A stretch of 63,237 nt of DNA, the filler included, from Rozella allomycis CSF55 (lineage: Eukaryota), in assembly GCA_000442015.1 (NCBI GenBank). It is 5 parts of 5 records of this genome, joined end to end, with 100 filler letters (N's around TTAATTAATTAA, not from the genome) between each part and the next. Parts side by side here need not be neighbours in the genome. Positions count along the whole stretch, not along the records: positions 35,289 to 60,454 come from KE560902.1; positions 60,555 to 62,065 come from KE560905.1; 3 more parts are not named here. One strand, written 5' to 3'. Under the pieces are notes generated by a model, which saw only the letters and a program-made list of their open reading frames with translations, did not search any database and had not been told where the DNA came from. Shown piece after piece: positions 48,608-60,784 of the stretch (position 1 is its first letter; every line of letters begins with the position of its first letter). Both the position numbers and the translations under genes were made by a program.

Positions 48608-49120
48608 TTAGAGGAACACCTTTGACAATGCATATCTTTGCCCGTCCCTACCGACAAGATATCCATCTTCAATGAAAGATTCATTATGGATCCATCTTCT
48701 ATTTGCAGTGCTTGAATTAGGTTCAACAGGTCGATAAATGGACACTCTATTACCTTGTTCCTCTCCATCAGATAACATATTATTATCACTGTTCGAAAAG
48801 TCGCTGCTTTGAAAGGTGCCATAGGATGATGTAGATGTATCAGAATCGCTTCCAGAATCATTTTGCGAGTTTCGTCTCATCCTTCTTCGGATTCTTCTCG
48901 ACGCGATTTGGGAATTCGCAAAGTTGAGAACTCTACGCTGAAAATCAAGATTTTGTGCAAGGTAATGTTCAGATTGAGCGGTATTAACATATGATTCATC
49001 TATTGGCGTTGGATTGAGTGCTGTGGTATAGTGATGTGGTACATATTCTGGGCGTATAAGATTCGTTGTTTCTTTGGCTGCAATAAGTGAAAAAAAGATC
49101 AAGAAGATTTGAATTTTCAT
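48608..49120 (-). CDS. Small secreted orphan protein
   Basis: Signal peptide MKIQIFLIFFSLIAA; basic cluster SRRIRRRMRR; Ser/Asp-rich stretch. Confidence 0.65.
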   Translation of the reverse strand: MKIQIFLIFFSLIAAKETTNLIRPEYVPHHYTTALNPTPIDESYVNTAQSEHYLAQNLDFQRRVLNFANSQIASRRIRRRMRRNSQNDSGSDSDTSTSSYGTFQSSDFSNSDNNMLSDGEEQGNRVSIYRPVEPNSSTANRRWIHNESFIEDGYLVGRDGQRYALSKVFL

Positions 49121-50145
49121 GAACGAATGGTGGCGTCAGCAATTTACTAATCCGAATGGCATATGCAGTTTGACATATTATCTGATGGATTAGCACTTAA
49201 AATTATTATATTAAAAAGAAATTAAAATTGATAATAACTGGTAATTATTTCCCAGAGCCAATTTTCAATATTGTTGATTAACATCTTCGGAGCTACTGCG
49301 AAGCAGAATTTTTTTTTGCGAAGATAANAATCATTAGGAAGTCCAGGGCATTCCTTGACGGCCTGCAGCAGACTCAAGATGGTCGGAAATTCACTCACCG
49401 GTTTGTTGTTTAGCACTCTTTTTACAGAATCCGGAAGCTTTGAGAAACGGAGTTCGTTTAAGAGATTATGTTGCGGTTCCGGAACAGTGAAGGCGATATT
49501 GTTCTCCGTCAAGAGGTCTTGAATCGTCCGATGAATTCCGGCACTCTTTCTCCATGGTAGTACTGTATTTTGAATATCTTNTTAAAAAAATTCTTGAAAC
49601 TGAAAGATCAATTCAATTATTCAGTATATTTGGTACTTCGGTCTAGTGAGGTGCATGGTTCTCTTTCAAGTTTCACCCAGATAACCGGTGTATCAAATTA
49701 CTTGTTACAACGTAAATATTTAAAAAAATAGATTCAAAATGTACATTTAATATTTAAGCACTTTAAACAAATGACTTTCACTATTTATATGGTCGGATAT
49801 TTTTGTTTATACTTGCCAACAACTCAACCGCTCTTTCATCTATTTACATGAGTCTTAATCAAAGGGAGCAAATATATTACACCATTGAATCATCCGAGGA
49901 CAATGAAACGTCAAGCGAAGTCTCCTCAATAATGTCTATATAGCATTGACGTAGACATGAATGCACCACCTTTTACAGCACTGGCAACCAGTGATGGCAT
50001 CTAAGATGATGTGCTCATCCACCGAACGCTCTCTGAACTACTTGGGTTTACGCAAAAATGCTGTGTGTCCATCCGCACGGATCATGCATCCAAAGCCAGT
50101 ATTGGCAAACAATTGGCGACATCCATTGCCAACGGACGTGATGTG

Positions 50146-51109
50146 TGTTAGAATCCAAATTCTAACATGATATTTCAGATTCTACAGTCCGATATTTCAT
50201 ATATAAATAAAGAACAGAGACACGACACTAGTCGTGTTAACTCACCATACACTTTTACGGTTTTTTCTTAACTAGTGCGTAACATTTTTACACGACTACT
50301 ATAACATGACTAGTGCACCGAACTACGACGAACTACACGNCTTTAACACGACTAGTATAACATAACTAGTGCTTAACACTTTAACACGACTACTATAACA
50401 TGACTAGTGCACCGAACTACGACGAACTACACGCTGCTTATCGCGCTTTGCAGCAAGAACTGAACGAACTAAGACTCCAACAACCGATCCCAGCAAACGT
50501 TGCACCGGCAGTTTCCAGCAAGGAACCTAAGACGGCAGACCCACGCTTCTACTCTGAGGGACCACAAGAACTCAGGGAATTGTTACTCCAGCTCGAGCTT
50601 TCCACGCAACGCAACCGTCACGCTTTGACACTGAAGCCAAGAAAGTCGGACATGCCGCCAGTTTCTTACGAGGCGCCGCTGCGAAATGGTTGACAACCTT
50701 TTGGGCCCAGCCAAATAAGTCCTTCCAGGGGTTTCAGGAAAAGTTGCAAGAACAATTTGGAATTTATGACGAGCAAGAAGACGCTACTGAAAGAATGCTG
50801 AACTTGAAGCAAGGGAAGTTGACTGCTGCCGCATTCGTAGCGGAGTACCAACGACTCTACCCATTGACTGGATGGAACGAAACCGCTGTGAAACATACCT
50901 TTCTGAAATCGTTGAATCATGAATCAAGGATTTGCTTGTTGGGAAACTTGAGAAGGACGACTCTCTTGAAAAGTACTTTAAGATGGCTGTTCGCATGGAT
51001 GAACATCTNTACAGTCCGATATTTCATATATAAAAGAAAAACGACACGACCCTTGTCGTGTTAACTCACCAAATCACTTTTACTGTTCTTTCTTAACTAG
51101 TGCTTAACA
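50146..51109 (+). mobile_element. Ty3/gypsy LTR retrotransposon remnant: 5' LTR ~50146-50284, frameshifted gag 50400-51008, partial 3' LTR 51010-51109 (pol missing or collapsed at n 51009)
   Basis: Direct repeats TACAGTCCGATATTTCATATATAAA...TTAACTAGTGC(G/T)TAACA at both ends; TGTTAG...TAACA termini; gag motifs EPKTADPRFY, ATERMLNLKQGKLTAAAFVAEYQRL..TGWNETA..FLKSLN. Confidence 0.85.
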
Positions 51110-51709
51110 TTGATCAATATCTGCTACCGATTGACATTGGCACATCATTGTGCATATCTTTTGTTGGATCAGCGCCACAGTTGTGTTTTGAAATGGGGGC
51201 TCCAAAATGTAGTACGTGATAACGGATATCATCACGAACTAATTTCTGTGGCAAACAATCTAAACAAAATTAAACATTCTATTTCCGTAAACTTCGCGGA
51301 CATTTCAATCCTCATCGAAAATCAATTTATAGATTCCCTAAAATTCCGCAGGGCAAGCATCCAACGTAACCGATTAATAATGGCACCGCTAATAGCAGTA
51401 GTTCCAGATCAGTTAAAATGTCAAATAGTTGGCGCATCATCAATGTGTGCTTGGATCAAGGCTAGATTCGGGCAGAAATACAATGCAACCAACTATACGA
51501 TTGAACTCGCGGGAAACATGATTCAAGATGGCACTGTGCAGTGTATCGGTGATGCGACATTGGTGTGGGACACGGCAGCGAAACGAGATGATTTGGCAGA
51601 TGCATTAGTACAGGCGGTAATGGTTATGAAAGGATTGGAACATCGAAGGATTCTTTTTAAACAAGTTAGTGGGAATATTATGACGCATACAAACTTGACA
51701 GATCCTTAA
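51110..51709 (+). pseudogene. RuvC-fold Holliday junction resolvase-like gene (poxvirus A22 / Ydc2-Cce1 type), frameshifted
   Basis: YLLPIDIGT (other frame, ~51118-51145) joining HCAYLLLD..VLKW; ILIENQ; KRDDLADALVQ, i.e. the acidic motifs of A22/Ydc2-type resolvases. Confidence 0.72.
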
Positions 51710-51898
51710 TCTAAATATAAAATGATTATTGTAAATTACATACCTCGTATCTTTGATCTTTGGCTTTTTTCTCCCTTCCCTAAATCGTATTAAAATAGAT
51801 GTTGAAAAGCCTAATTAATCAATTACTCGATTGATTAGAAACTATAAATAATTTAACTTTCCAAAAGTGTATTTAGTCTTTTACATCATACAGGGGTT

Positions 51899-53400
51899 AT
51901 GTCATAACAGTTACATCTGGAGGAAGATAATACGGACTATGAGGTTGCAGCCGACGATGAGCTCGAGGCGGTCGAGGAGTTGAACAATTTTGACGCTTTG
52001 ATGCAACTACTATCTGGGAACTCTGAAGATGCCATTAATCAATTAATGGAATTAGCAAACCTTGACATAACGACGCCTGAGATGGGGATTGCGGACCTAT
52101 ACTAAGATATTGGAATCTTTACGATTGGAGAATGTGAGCGCATTCGAAAAATGTCGACGAGAGGGCGGCCGCAAGGCACAGGCCGATGTGGAAAATGAAT
52201 TCGTTAATTACTGCAAACTTTATACAAAGGAACCATCGTGAGTAAAGTCAATTTATACGAGTTTATTCAATGGTTATCACAAGCGGGGGATGGCATATTG
52301 GCTTTTCGAACCATAAAGCAACATGTATTTGGGTTGGTTCGGTTATGGAATCAACAAAAGCTTACAAATTTGAAACTAAAAGCCGACGGCATTTCTTATG
52401 ATGCTGATATTAAAATATTACTAAAACGTCATGCGCGACAATGTGTGGCGGAGCAGGGTTACCATCGACGATTTATTGATGTGGTGCTTGCAACGTCTCT
52501 TGATAATAGATACACAATGCAAAATCGTATTGACATTATTTTGAGATCTTTCAGGTGCAGTGACTCAAGTAGAATTGTTCCAGGAATCGGTTTACGCGAC
52601 GCCTTTATGTTAGCACTTCTTGCTCGGACAGGGTTGAGAGGTGAGGAGGTGCGCAAGGTATCATGGCGGCAGTGTCAGCCTTACACGTTTAGGCACAGGC
52701 GTTCTGTTGAACATAAAGGAATGGTTGCGATGCTTGTTGAGAGACAGTAAATGAAGGACGACCAAACGAAATTGGTATTATACTTCACAGAGATCCCAAC
52801 GTGTGTGCATTATGGTGGTTTCCTCTCAAACGGCATTACGATTTTGTTGTTTTGTTGAAATCTCAGGGAACAAAATTGATTGGAACAACCCGGCAGCAGT
52901 GTTCCAATTAATGGTGTGGTCTTCAGGTAAAATTCTAACACATACTATAGGCGCATCATCCCATTACAAACCCTTAAACGAATGTTAGCAAGGCTTACGT
53001 CTGAACTTCAGTAAAAGCACCCATTTAGGTCGCTCCAATTGTGACCGAAATCTCCAGGCTTTAGGGGTGGCAACGGAAGACATTACAATATGGTTAGGGT
53101 GGACGACTGAATCTGCCACATTAGCTACATGCACCAACGACCCTATTATCAGGTTTGTGGAAGCGCAAGGTATCGTCCAAATGAAGTTATGATCCTTGTC
53201 ATTTAAAAATCAATGTAAGTAAATAAATATATTTTCATTAATAGGTTCCGGATAGGTTTGGAATAAGATGTCTTCAAATTTTCGGAGATAGCATTTCACG
53301 AAGGCGAGGAAAGGTATAATTGCATCTGAAACTTTTTGACCATGCTCATTGAATTTCGAAATAATTTTGTCAGTTATTAATTGTACGTTTACAACCTTGC
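51899..53400 (+). pseudogene. Crypton/Ndc10-type tyrosine recombinase, degenerate (end approximate)
   Basis: Across frames: RPQGT..NEFVNYC; GLRDAFMLALLARTGLRGEEVR; GIILHRDPNVCAL; SKSTHLGRS; GVATEDITIWLGW; SYMHQRP (catalytic Tyr region); several stops and frameshifts. Confidence 0.75.
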
Positions 53401-55629
53401 GTCTTGTAACGGCCCGTGTAATTCGGGGTCGTTGATTGCATATCGGCAATACATGTCAGGACGCTGTGACTTTGGGGGAAACGGGCAAATCAATTTATTG
53501 GTTAGATGGACGCGATAAACGCATGTGTTGTTAGCCCTTGTACCGTCGACATCATGTGCAGGGTACGAACCTAGGTAGTAGAGGACGCGTGGCTGGTTAT
53601 CGATGCATTACGTTTTTTTTGTGGTCATTTTATGATGTGTAAAACGGAGAGAATGTTCGCAAGCAAGCTCTTTGTGTGTTGTAATTCTGGTGCGCACCCC
53701 GCGAACGACGTTTTAGCAACGGTAAGTGTCTGTAGAAATCCGTCGGTACCTGAACACATTCTACCTAAAGTAGTTGATCATCAAACCCTGCAAAACGGTA
53801 AAATATGCAATTATACAATATGATGGTGTAAAAAATAGACAGGAATGTTACAAAGTCAATAGTACTTAAGCCAAACAGGGTAAGAATTCTATTTACCAAT
53901 AGTAAAGAAATTCGGGGTATATTCGTGTTACTCGTAACGTAAATATGGTAGTGCATGATAGCGCCGAGGAGACGACAGAAATGTTAGAGGTTTGTGCTAC
54001 AAGGGTTAACGCCGGAGTTACAGGTGGCCGCGATCACAAAATGTAGCGTCGAATAGTGTACAAACCTGAAATGGTCGACCTGACCAAAGCCGCATTGTTT
54101 CTAAGTTTAATTATTTTGGAAATATACTGAAATATATTTAGCTAACAACGGAAGCCATATATCGTTCCCGATAAATAACGAAACCGACCACAATAACGAT
54201 AATGATGCAGGAGTTTAGGTCCAAGCGTCAGAGTTAACAGGAAGTCTAACTATATCTAGCACGCAGCGTCACGGAATGCTGCCATTTTTCAAAACCAACC
54301 CCCAGGCAAAACGGACAAACGGCCATATGTTACTGAAACGACATACTAGTCGCACGGTGGGGGAGCTACGAATGGTTGTAAGATGTTGATATTGCTGCTC
54401 GCAAATATATTGCCAAACGAACAATGCGGGGCAAGCCGTACAGGCCACATTTAAGACTTAACGTAATACCAACGAAAACAGACGTTTCCATATCTCGAGC
54501 TTACTGAGTATTTATTGACAGTCAGACACCCTCGCGTTAGTACCAGCATCGATCTCCGATTTCACATAGTCTTTATCGTCTGCGACAACTCGCCACGATC
54601 CAGTTTGTGTACACCATAACCGACCGCAATAAATAGTGTCTTGCGACCTCGCGTGGCGGGCATGACTGCATTCGTTCCTGAAGACGGTTTTGACGCAATA
54701 ACACATACCTTTTACCAACGGACATTTACATCGCTTAGTACGCCAGAAATTAAGCATCGTCGTCCATATTTTCAGCGTCATATTTGGGTTTGCCACAATA
54801 ATATGCACTAAGATAATTAACTAAGACATGAAGAGACGGAATCTTGTCGCACGATTGCCCACGAACGTATTTCTGATGTCACACGTGCACTTGCGGGATG
54901 TTCGGTAGACATCACGAGTCAAACGTTGAGTTGCAATCTATAATGTTTTAAGTGCGCGCCTAACATATAGCTGTAGCAAAGGTGGACGCGTCACATAAAG
55001 TCGATTTGTGCCCAGGGGTTAGGGGATGGGAATGCACAAATGCACAATGCCTTGGGTGAGTACGTGCCCACGTTATGAGTGCCACACCATTCAACATAGA
55101 GTGTTGAAAATCTCATTATGACTCAAATTCAAATATGTCATACATAGTCCGTTGACGGTGACGTAGGGCGATTTTACAAACGCCCACCTTCGACCTTGAT
55201 AAGTGTCAATTTCAGTTCATAGTTGACCAGGAGCACCCATTATGTTAGTCCATACATAGCGAATGTTCATAAAGTTTCCGCCACTCCAAGGTGTACTTAA
55301 ATAGTTGTATTTGCCTCTCCAGGTCAAATACGTTTCCAATGTCGCTTGATTTTGTGTTAAAAGGTGTGCCTATATATATACATATTTAAATTGGATATGT
55401 TTAATATATCTAGGCCACGTGCAGACCGCTGGGCCCGTATATTCCTGCATGCCTCTTGTCGGAAAGATGCCACTGCGCCGCAGTGACTTACAGGGTACGA
55501 CAAACTACATCTTGCGGACTCGTTTGGTAGTTTAAAATGATTCCTTACATGATGATAGACATTAAGCAATATCGATTTTGCCACAACCTCACAACCTTGC
55601 AGTATCACAGGTACCTTCCGGAGGTATCC

Positions 55630-55975
55630 AATTTCTATGGATGGATTTGTTTCATTCAAGTTAAAATCAAACGAAAATAATTTGTTTTCAAATTCCACTT
55701 AAAGGAATTGTTTATGCTTCTGGTGGCTGGGCAACTGAAATGAAATGAAATGAAATGAAATGAAATGAAATGAAATGAAATTTATTTAANTACCATGACT
55801 GGGGTAATATGTTTGCCTTTCGTTTTTATGTTTTTGTTGCTTGAAAGGGGTGGAACAGAATACTTTAATAGAATGTTCTTCTCCCGGCTTATATTACCTG
55901 GTTTATATTTAATGACAAAAACCAGAATCGATAATGAGTGTAGCCAATTAATCTCGGTGCCCATTGTGTAGTCAA
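55630..55975 (-). pseudogene. Rearranged fragments paralogous to the large F-box gene
   Basis: EFENKLFSFDFNLNETNPSIEI matches ELEGKFSFDLNLNKTNPSTEI (~57830-57900); KNILLKYSVPPLSS matches KNILLEYSIPRLSS (~57300-57345). Confidence 0.6.
55737..55781 (+). repeat. (GAAAT)n microsatellite
   Basis: About nine perfect GAAAT units. Confidence 0.95.
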
Positions 55976-56819
55976 AAATGTAGATTAATAATTACAAGAG
56001 TTCTGAAACATCTACAAATAAGTCTAAACCAAAAGAAATCATTTAGAAGCCAGTTCCAACGTGGCCCCTGATGACCATGACTTCCGACATAAAAAGCTCA
56101 AATCTTTGAATTTTGACACAGAACTTGGTCCATTAGGATTAAAATCGTCTAGGCAGCCGGGAATACACTTTTGGTCTTTAGTCTCAAACTAGGGTATAAT
56201 CAAGTTTCAAGTTTTCAACTTTGACAATCAAATCAATATAGATGAACATAACTGTGCGGAAAAGAACTTAACTGAATTAAATTTATCTAAAATGAATGTT
56301 TTGAATAATAATTACTTAGAAGAAGATCAAAATTTGAAGTTGAAAGACAAAAATGCTGAAAATGAACAGTTTATTGACCACAGAGAAAGCAATCTTAGGA
56401 TGCAGAGCGCCTTTATAAATACACATTATATATGGGTCTTTAACGGAAAAATTCAACAAGACGGGTGATTTCCAAAAACTTAATGATTCTCCCAATTTCA
56501 CTTTAACCAACAACGTTGAACAAGATCGAGACTGTTCGCACATGGTAGCAATGCTTGTTCAACAAATTGTATTTTAAAGAAAACTTGTCTTGGCAAATAC
56601 ACCTTATGGGTTTTATTGGTAGTGCTGGCAAATGAATGTTTTCCAATTTTTATACCAAAGTGCTGCGGGCCTGGGGATATAATCTACTCAATGTACTCAT
56701 TAGATAAATAGTTATAAAGTCGAAATTGATAGAAGTCTGTTACACCTAACGCTATCAACAAGTTGAATAATCATCGGAAGGTTGTAATAAAGAAATACAA
56801 AGATGAAAGATGTTATTTA

Positions 56820-59800
56820 TTATTCAATCATGAATGAGAGACAATCATCTGGCAGCTCTTCAGTCGGAGCCAATAGTTTCAATAACACATTCCTTTCAGC
56901 TCCNCAAACGAAACATACAAGACATGATACTTTTCCAAATATTCGCAATCACCAAAAGAAAATCTGCGAGTGGAATACCAGAATCCTTTTAAAGAGAAAA
57001 TGGATGACTTCTTTTTCTGGAAATGGCCAACTAGTGAAACTTGCGCTGGATTTTGGCTGAATGTTTCTTTTAGTAATGAAAGGAAACTTGGTTGTAGTAG
57101 TTGAAATGGAATGTGTGGAGTAATAAAGTTTTCTGTGGACTGGATATTCTTTAAGAAATGGGCTACGTTTTCTGGCTGTATAGTTGACAGACTAGACAAA
57201 TAATTTGATAAAGAAGCAGGTAAATTGTTATTGTTGTTGGTAGGTTCCACATTGACCAATTTGTAATTGATTGGTTGATAATCAAAGTCTATGTAGTCGA
57301 TGCTTGACAGGCGTGGAATGGAATACTCTAAAAGAATGTTCTTGATCCATTCTCTGCTTTCAGAGGGTTTAAACGATTGATAAAATGACTTCCAATTCTT
57401 ATAGTCAAATGAAAATGAGAATATTCTCGTGAAGTGCAGATTGAAAAGAAAACAATAATCATCAAACATTCTATTGCCACAAATATTTGATATTTCACGA
57501 GCTTTTAATATCAATAGGTTTAAATTCAAAGGATTGAATTGCTTTATGTGATGAAAGTCGTAGAATAAAAGATGAATGAGAATGCCAGGAACAAAAAGAT
57601 CTGGTTCTGATAAAGTTAAATCTAAGAGTGCGTTTAATCTGCTTTCAATCAATATTCTAAAAATAGATTTAAAAATATTCTTACGGTATAAAATTTGTGA
57701 AATTTAGTAAATGACACGTGATGGTATTTTCAAGGGTTGCACTTTCAAGGGTTGGAGATTCACACAGGAAAATAATCCTTCCAGGCAGTTTTAAAGCTTT
57801 ATTAATATTTCGTTTTTCAGTGATAAAGTTTATTTCTGTTGATGGATTTGTTTTATTCAAGTTTAAATCAAAAGAAAATTTGCCTTCCAATTCCACTTGA
57901 AGGAATTGAAGAATATTTGAATCTGACATTAGATTTAGAAATGGGATGATTAATTGAATTATTTTGGAATCAAAAGTTTCAATTAAAGTTAAAATATTCA
58001 TTTGATTTGAATTGTTGATCATTTTCTTTAAAACTGAATGTCTATTGATTTCACCTTTATTGAATTCCACCAACAAGGAATTTCTTAGTCCATTTCTAAC
58101 ATTGTGAACAAATTCATTGCTTATTAATTGTTGCAACATAATTTTCTCATTAACTAAAAGAGAATCTTGAATAAATCTAAAAAATATTTTATAAACACAT
58201 TTCTTCTTTTCAAATAAACAACGATTCATTAAATATTCAAACACAATCTTTTCAATCACTGAAATTTCAGTTTCATTCACTTTAATAACAAAATCAACCA
58301 AATCAATTTCATTTCTAAATTCAAAAGCAACATTGGCAAGAAAGTTGAATTGTTTTTGAAGTTTATTACGCAATGAAACAATCTCATCTGAAATTTTATT
58401 CTTTTCTTTAATTTTTCTTTCATTTTCTTTATGAATTTTATTAAATCTTAGAAATTCTAATCTGCCAGTTTCTGTTTCAATTGAATCTGGAAACTGAATA
58501 GATTCTGTTTCAATTTCTTTTAATTTTTTGAAATAATCAAAATTCTTTTCAATGTAAAATCTCACAAACAAATCACAAAAATGTTGCGGTGAAACATTAA
58601 AACTAAAATTAGAATTACCGTCTGCGCCACGCATCTTGTGATACATTTTAGTGAAAATTGGATCTTTTGACTCTGAAACAACTTTATTTCTTTCATTTCC
58701 CAAATGTTCCAATATAATAATAGATTTCCATGAACAATTATCAAAAGCATTCCAATCAATTCGACAGCCAGTAATACCAGATTGTTTGTTTAGACAATCC
58801 ATCGAATCCCACTGAATTCTATTATTAAACAAATATTCTTTAATTTCATTTTCATTAAATTTATTCAAATAGAGAGCTATAAACAACGAATTCCCAATCA
58901 CATTCAATATTTCCCTTCTACAATCATCAATTTTATCTTCCAGAAATGATTTATATTCTTTAACCTGAAAATTTATACTTTGTTTAAACAAATACTGCTT
59001 TAGTGAATCTCTTGAAAACTTTAGACATGACAGCTGCTTCACAAACTCAATAATCCGCAATATTCCACTATCCCCATCAACATTCTTTATCACATTAACA
59101 TCCTTTTGTTTATTTTTATGGCTAAAAAGCTGTTCACTCTTTTGTATTTGGATTCCCTTCTTCTTTCCATGTTTCAGAAATTTCAGAATCTGATAATGAA
59201 GAGGAAGATTGTAAACAGAAGTGTTGAGAACTTCTATAATAAACTTGTGTAGATAAAACTTGTTATTTATTTGAATGACACAATTCCTATCATCGGTAGG
59301 AAACATCTTTTCCAATGAAATCAATGTCCAATTCAAAATCTCCAATGATTCCACAAACTTTAAACTTTTCGTTTGGCCACTTGAAATCATCTTTTTTAAT
59401 TCGTCATATTCAACCATCTTTTCAGCAAACTGTTTTACAAATCCATTCATTCCAAATTTTCTAATTCATTACAAACAAATTAACATACTTTATTAAAACA
59501 ATACAAGTTTCCAACTGAATAGATTCTAAAACAATCTTCTTTTCTTTCAACTTTACATAAACATTCTTAAAATAGACCTGCCACGGAAACTGCTCGATTG
59601 GTTTATGCAAATACCCGATCCCAAACTTGTAACACCGGTACATCCAAAAGTTTGAATTATTAACCATATGATGCCATCTTCTACTCACAACAACCAATTT
59701 AGAAATACAATCATCTTCTAAATGATAAAAGATGCAGTCTCTAATATCTCCAGGGAAGTTTCCCATCAAATCAAAAGAAAAATCTTTCATTAGTCCATCG

Positions 59801-60454
59801 AGACTCTTTTCTTTAACAAAATAAACAAAAAAGTTGTCAAGCGCCGATTGCTGCATTGAATCAATCCTTTTTAAATCAACATTCATCAATTTCAATGCCA
59901 ATTCTTTAATATTAACACTATTAACGTCTGTCTTGTATTCATTAACATCTTTNGTATTCATTAATATCTTTAGAATCCAAAAACGCTAAAATTCTTTTAA
60001 CCAACTTTTGCAATCTCTCAGGAAATTCCCAAAAATTGATCACTTGATCCTTCACCCCCTTCAACCGATTCAAAGCACAATTAAACTCTACCAACACTTC
60101 ATAATGATCCTTATAAACAATATCATCCTTCATCATTCTCTTCATATTCTCATTATACTTGTCTCTAGCCATCCTATACTCCTTTTCCAACGGCTCCATC
60201 TCCTCATCCAGTCGAAACTTTAAAATATAATGCTGATACGCATTTTCAAACAACCTTTCAATCACTAAATTCTCAAATTTCATTCCCTTTTTATTAATCT
60301 CGCGAATCGCAGCAATAAAACTCCTAGTTTCACTAAACTCGCTACTCTGTGCAACAAACTTTATTCTCTTTGTTACTCGATCGATATTGCAAATCACATT
60401 TTCATGCTCGCCAAACAACAGCAACATAAACGCCGAACTCGCCAACCTCTTTTC
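56820..60454 (-). CDS. Large multi-exon F-box-containing orphan protein (5' end cut by linker)
   Basis: Colinear same-strand ORFs 59942-60445, 59461-59961, 57681-59450, 56879-57652 separated by short GT-AG introns or single n; F-box FDLMGNFPGDIRDCIFYHLEDDCISKLVVVSRRWHHMVNNSNFW. Confidence 0.65.
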
Positions 60455-60554
60455 NNNNNNNNNNNNNNNNNNNNNNNNNNNNNNNNNNNNNNNNNNNNTT
60501 AATTAATTAANNNNNNNNNNNNNNNNNNNNNNNNNNNNNNNNNNNNNNNNNNNN
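60455..60554. other. Artificial contig linker
   Basis: 44 N + TTAATTAATTAA + 44 N. Confidence 0.97.
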
Positions 60555-60780
60555 ATTTGAGATTTGAAATTTGAGAAAATAGTTCATAGAGAGCCTCTGC
60601 TACAGCATCACCCCCGTAGTAATAGACTTCGACCATAAGGCCATCGGTTGCAGGTGCTTTACCTAATGCCACATTTTTAATGTTGACAAGGATTGAAACT
60701 TTGGTAATTAGATTTTCAAAGTTGAAAAATTGATCATTATTTATTCCCCCCTCATCTCTTTGGCTTTGATTATTTTCGAT
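60555..60780 (-). mobile_element. Fragment of a second non-LTR retrotransposon RT (N-terminal region)
   Basis: Minus-strand translation IKNVALGKAPATDGLMVEVYYYGGDAVAEALYELF (KAPGxDG motif). Confidence 0.7.
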
Positions 60781-60784
60781 TTGG

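Noticed and set aside
49222..49580. Minus-strand ORF fragment, possibly gag-like
   Set aside because: Bounded by single-n joins, frameshifted, no diagnostic motif
50221..50430. Short repeated ACACGACTA/ACTAGTGC units resembling a CRISPR-like array
   Set aside because: Explained by LTR end, PBS and gag start duplicated across the n at 50340; no regular spacers; eukaryotic context
51899..52110. In-frame TAA stops suggesting RIP-like CpA-to-TpA mutation
   Set aside because: Too few events and no intact copy for comparison; frameshifts are equally common
53632..55698. Short ORFs at 53632, 53765, 54512 and 55357
   Set aside because: No recognisable domains; treated only as unexplained sequence of the YR island
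56000..56800. Possible decayed LINE fragment (AAGLGI-like motif)
   Set aside because: Too degenerate to support without a search
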